Source of the DNA: Balanoglossus misakiensis
Lineage: Eukaryota; Animalia; Hemichordata
Reading direction: 5' to 3'
Length of the DNA stretch: 64,000 nucleotides
Assembly: GCA_040954595.2 (NCBI GenBank)
Contig: CM082592.2
Location: 4,666,735 to 4,730,734 of the forward strand
Positions 60,901 to 64,000 of the stretch are shown piece by piece; positions within the stretch are counted from its first letter, which is position 1; every line of letters begins with the position of its first letter. Both the position numbers and the translations under genes were made by a program. The notes under the pieces were generated by a model. It was not told where the DNA came from. It was given only the letters and a program-made list of their open reading frames with translations, and did no database searches.

Positions 60901-63381
60901 GGAATGAAAAAAACACCACAACCCCGCTTCTGCTGTCTGCTAATAATTGCTTCATCTTCCTGGCGTTTCCCCCCAAATCTAGGCATTCCCTGGTGCTGGC
61001 TGGCTGTCATCCCTGGCTTCAGTGTATTTCGGTCGACTGAATTTTGCTTGCTCTCCCCGATATATAATGCTGTTAAAGCTCCATTAGCTGTAACTTTTCG
61101 CGATGTTTTCAGTAATTTTTTGTGTGTGGATCTACTGTCTTGTTCATATCCTTGAAAGATGATGAAATGCCCAGCATTTACATGTGCCTTATCACCACAG
61201 CATATATGTGTGTAGTCAGCATTTTTATTGTGCAAAATTTTAATTCAAGTCCGGACTAAAATTCATTTATCAACAATAACAATGGTTGTTACACACATAC
61301 ATGTACAGGATATGTTGACAAGTGGAGAATACTGCATATATAAGCATGCTGTTTGGAGTAGAGCAAGAAACTGCATTTGATTCACAGAATAAAAATACTG
61401 GAAATAACACCAAAAGATACAGCTAATGTCCCTTTAATAAATCAGGCTAATTTTTGCATGGATATTTTTGCAGGCTTTGGCTCCATTTCCCCAAGTTTAA
61501 TGGAACAGACCATTTTGCATGAATTTAAGAGTGACATTTTTGTAAATTTTTATATTGTGGCGGGCGTTTCTAGACCCTCTGAGTCGAGGATTTTGGTCAC
61601 ATGCAGAACATAATGTCTACATCACACAGAAATGTGATGTAGACATTTCTCGCATTAAAACCATGGAATTAATCATTCTGTGAGCCATTCTCTTGCAGGT
61701 TGATCACCACCACCACCGCCATCATCATCATCATCATCTACTTGAAAATTTAATCTCCATTTGTGATCAGATTTGCTACATGCGAAATCTTTTAACTTAA
61801 TTGAATACACTGATATGTCTGACAGCAGCACTTGACTTTTAATGCAGGTACATCAGAGCGGCAACCTCCCCCAAGAACATGGTGATTCTGGTGGATACCA
61901 GTGGGAGTATGTTGGGTTTGCGGAACGACATTGCTAAGCACACGGTACAGACCCTGATTCACACCCTGGGGGATGATGACTTCTTCAATGTCATCACTGT
62001 AAGTGCAAGAATGTCAATATGATATATATATGTATATATAACAGCTCGAGGAAATGACCAAAATCCATTCAATTTCCTTTGCAACAGCCCCTTCTAATTA
62101 AAGGGACAAAGTCTCTCTCTCACTGGCTTTTTCCCATTAATTATGTTTGATACAAGACACTTTTTATGTTATTCTACATGTGGATATATAGTGATTCAAC
62201 ATTCGACCACACGCGACTACCATCCCGTTTGTAGACACGAGAGTGAAAAACTCGCCAAAATGAATAATCAGTCTCTACCTTTGGCGAGATTTTTACTCTC
62301 ATATCCTGCAAACGGGATAGAAGTTGTGTGTGGTCGATCATTGATTCACTATATATTCACATGTAGAATAACATTAAACAGTGTCTTGTATCAAACGTAA
62401 TTGATGGAAAAAGCATGTAGTTATGATGCTTTGTCAGAGAAGGTGTGTGTTTGATCGGTCTGACGCAATGAAACTTTAAGCTGTTTTGAAAATTGGCCAT
62501 GAGATGGGTATAAACACAGTGAACCGTGAATGTACATCATGAACACCGATCAAGGCAATTATGGTGGTTTTCAGATGAGAAGGAATATTGCGAGATGGAA
62601 ATCAATGGGAGGTTGACATCTTCAATGCTCTGCTATTTTATAATACTGTGTTGCCAGCTGTAATGTGTGTGACAATTTACAGTGCGCCCCAAAAGATTCT
62701 TCAAACCTTCATCTGATATTGCTGCTAGCGTTCTACATTTTTTTCTTCTTAAATCATGTGAATCTTTTATTGATATGGAGGTTTGATTTTTCTCTGTGTG
62801 TTCGCAAATGTCAAAAGTACCGTTTCTAACAATCAATTCACACAGTCCTTCAAAAGGCATTGTGCGGTGGTAGCAAATGGTTTTGAAGTACTTATATGCC
62901 AGCAGTTTTGAATCATCCATTTCTGAAGAAAGAAATATTTCTGTGTTCACGTCGTTGCAGGAGAAATCCTTGAAGATGCATTAGTGCGTCGCAAATTAAC
63001 CGAAAGTGGGTTTCTTTCAATGAGTTAAAATGTCATACTGGAAAAAAACATTTTGACAATTGTGTTTTCCTTTTTTTCCCCCAGTTCAATGACAGTACGC
63101 TGTACCTTGAAGACTGCTTCAATGACACTCTTGTTCAAGCCAATTCTGACAACAAAAATGTAAGTATGTGGTAAGATTGACACTTTGTGTTCATCATCTT
63201 ACAGTTGGTTGGTCAGGGGGGGGGGGAAGGAAGCCTCTGTCAGAGCTACATTTCATGATAAAACTGAATTGTTTTGCTTCTGTTTTTGCAGCTTGTCAGA
63301 CAAAATTTGGATAATATCAATCCGAAAAACATTGCTGACATCGCAGGAGCTTTGGAAAAAGCTTTTCAGCTTCTAGAGAAG
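42901..63381 (+). CDS. CACNA2D3: Voltage-dependent calcium channel subunit alpha-2/delta (alpha2delta-3/4-like); continues beyond the window
   Basis: Exons 42901-42995 (signal peptide), 43132-43213 (VELWAQKLG), 48851-48973, 57559-57627, 59630-59804 ([11 protein letters not shown]), 59955-60086 ([21 protein letters not shown]), 60335-60395 or 60811-60874 (DCRN.GW), 61848-61998 ([29 protein letters not shown]), 63085-63159, 63292-63381. All phases are consistent. The symbol denotes the closest vertebrate subgroup (CACNA2D3/4), not strict orthology. Confidence 0.93.
48454..48522. repeat. (GAT/GGT)n trinucleotide microsatellite
   Basis: Visible tandem GAT and GGT runs in an intron. Confidence 0.85.
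51166..51240. repeat. (TTCG/TTCA/TTCT)n microsatellite
   Basis: Visible degenerate tetranucleotide run. Confidence 0.8.
52973..53164. mobile_element. TA-target MITE, family G, copy 1
   Basis: TA|CTGTAAAACA...TGTTTTACAG|TA with repeated CGCGAA motifs. Related to 56484-56695 in the opposite orientation. Confidence 0.75.
56484..56695. mobile_element. TA-target MITE, family G, copy 2
   Basis: TA|CCGTAAAACGGGTTATTTT...AAAATAACCCGTTTTACAG|TA. Confidence 0.75.
57687..57780 (+). mobile_element. piggyBac-like mini-MITE, family F, copy 1
   Basis: TGAA|CCCTTT...AAAGGG|TTAA. Reverse complement of 60509-60607. Confidence 0.65.
58034..58358. repeat. Long imperfect palindrome (hairpin MITE)
   Basis: ~145-bp inverted arms, e.g. 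CCCCATGTCCTGTCT/AGACAGGACATGGGG, AATCCAGAATACAAGCTATC/GATAGCTTGTATTCTGGATT and CCATTGACGGATTAA/TTAATCCGTCAATGG. Confidence 0.8.
60335..60395 (+). CDS. alpha2delta alternative exon 7A ([21 protein letters not shown])
   Basis: AAG| acceptor, |GTAGGT donor, 61 nt, phase 1 to 2, open. Paralogous to 60811-60874. Confidence 0.75.
60509..60607 (-). mobile_element. piggyBac-like mini-MITE, family F, copy 2
   Basis: TTTA|CCCTTT...AAAGGG|TTAA, lying between the two alternative exons. Confidence 0.65.
60811..60874 (+). CDS. alpha2delta alternative exon 7B ([22 protein letters not shown])
   Basis: Strong TTTTTTTCCCCAG| acceptor, |GTGAGT donor, 64 nt, phase 1 to 2, open. Confidence 0.88.
61077..61433 (+). 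mobile_element. Kolobok-like MITE, family C, complete copy
   Basis: TTAA|AGCTCCATTAGCTGTA...TACAGCTAATGTCCCT|TTAA. Fragments also at 1868-2030, ~16398-16460 (inverted) and ~34010-34140. Confidence 0.7.
62102..62413. mobile_element. Family A MITE, copy 5
   Basis: TTAA|AGGGACAAAGTCTCTCTC with both inverted arms present. The right terminus is eroded. Confidence 0.75.
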
Positions 63382-64000
63382 GTAAGCCTATACACAGTGT
63401 ATATGATTGCCATAAGGCAGTGTGCTGTCCTAAGAACAGACAAGATGGCGGCGACCATAGTCTGTGTCGGAGATCAGGAAAACACAGCAAATTGGATGAA
63501 AAGAAGGGACAAAACTCAAAGTCTATACTTGTATGGCATGCATGAAATATGGAAGGAAGCGAAGACTGCAGTCCACTAGTCGAATGCGTCGAATGCAAAA
63601 TTTGCAGAACGTGCAGAATTATGTGTATGCATAAGACGATTGTCAGCCTTTAATTATTGATTTGAGAAGTGCCACATGCAGCTTGCATCAGTAAAACAGT
63701 TTCAGCTCAATATTACCACAGATCCATATCACTCATAGTTTATCAATATACCACAAATGGTGCTATACAGTGTATACTCTGCCATTTATATTCAGCAAAA
63801 CACATGTTTTGTCATCATTATTTCCTTATTGCGTGACAGGGTTCACACATTCCTGGAAAGTCCTTCCTACCTGCAGAGTCTTGTCCTATTTTTATGCCAT
63901 TTTTACCCACAGTTCACTGCTTCTGACAATGCGGTGTGATCTTTACCCATAGTGCATTTTGTTCTTATCCGTAGTTCAACACTACCAACAGAGGGGCTGG

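Noticed and set aside
60727-61155. 142-aa ORF over exon 7B
   Set aside because: Wrong frame. The conserved peptide is in another frame and bounded by splice sites at 60811 and 60874.
1-64000. Idea that opsin, polycystin and alpha2delta form an operon-like sensory cluster
   Set aside because: They are separate intron-containing genes interleaved with opposite-strand genes. Adjacency alone is not evidence without synteny or co-expression data.

Overview
Intron-rich, AT-rich animal genomic DNA. Gene content and repeat style suggest a marine invertebrate deuterostome such as a hemichordate or echinoderm (inference). Six genes were assembled by hand from GT-AG splice sites with consistent exon phases: (1) the 3' part of a group-4/tetraopsin-like opsin, 1-3812 (+); (2) a JHAMT-like SAM methyltransferase, 6599-8931 (+); (3) an unrecognised six-exon ~989-aa Gln/His-rich protein, 9492-14167 (-); (4) a complete 21-exon ~2633-aa polycystin-1-like/REJ protein (PKD-REJ-GPS-PLAT-channel), 15627-33972 (+); (5) a carbohydrate sulfotransferase with one coding exon, 34615-35832 (-); (6) the 5' part of a Ca-channel alpha2delta-3/4-like subunit, 42901 to beyond the window end (+). 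Introns hold many non-autonomous DNA transposons (TTAA Kolobok-like and piggyBac-like, TTA Harbinger-like, TA mariner-like, a 2.5-kb CACTG element, a Helentron-like HINE). The best finding is a pair of tandem-duplicated, frame-incompatible exons in the alpha2delta gene (60335-60395 and 60811-60874). They encode alternative versions of the dCache amino-acid/gabapentinoid pocket: one keeps the Y-x4-R-x-W motif and the other changes it to F-x4-Q-x-W. Gene models are predictions without transcript support, and no database searches could be run.
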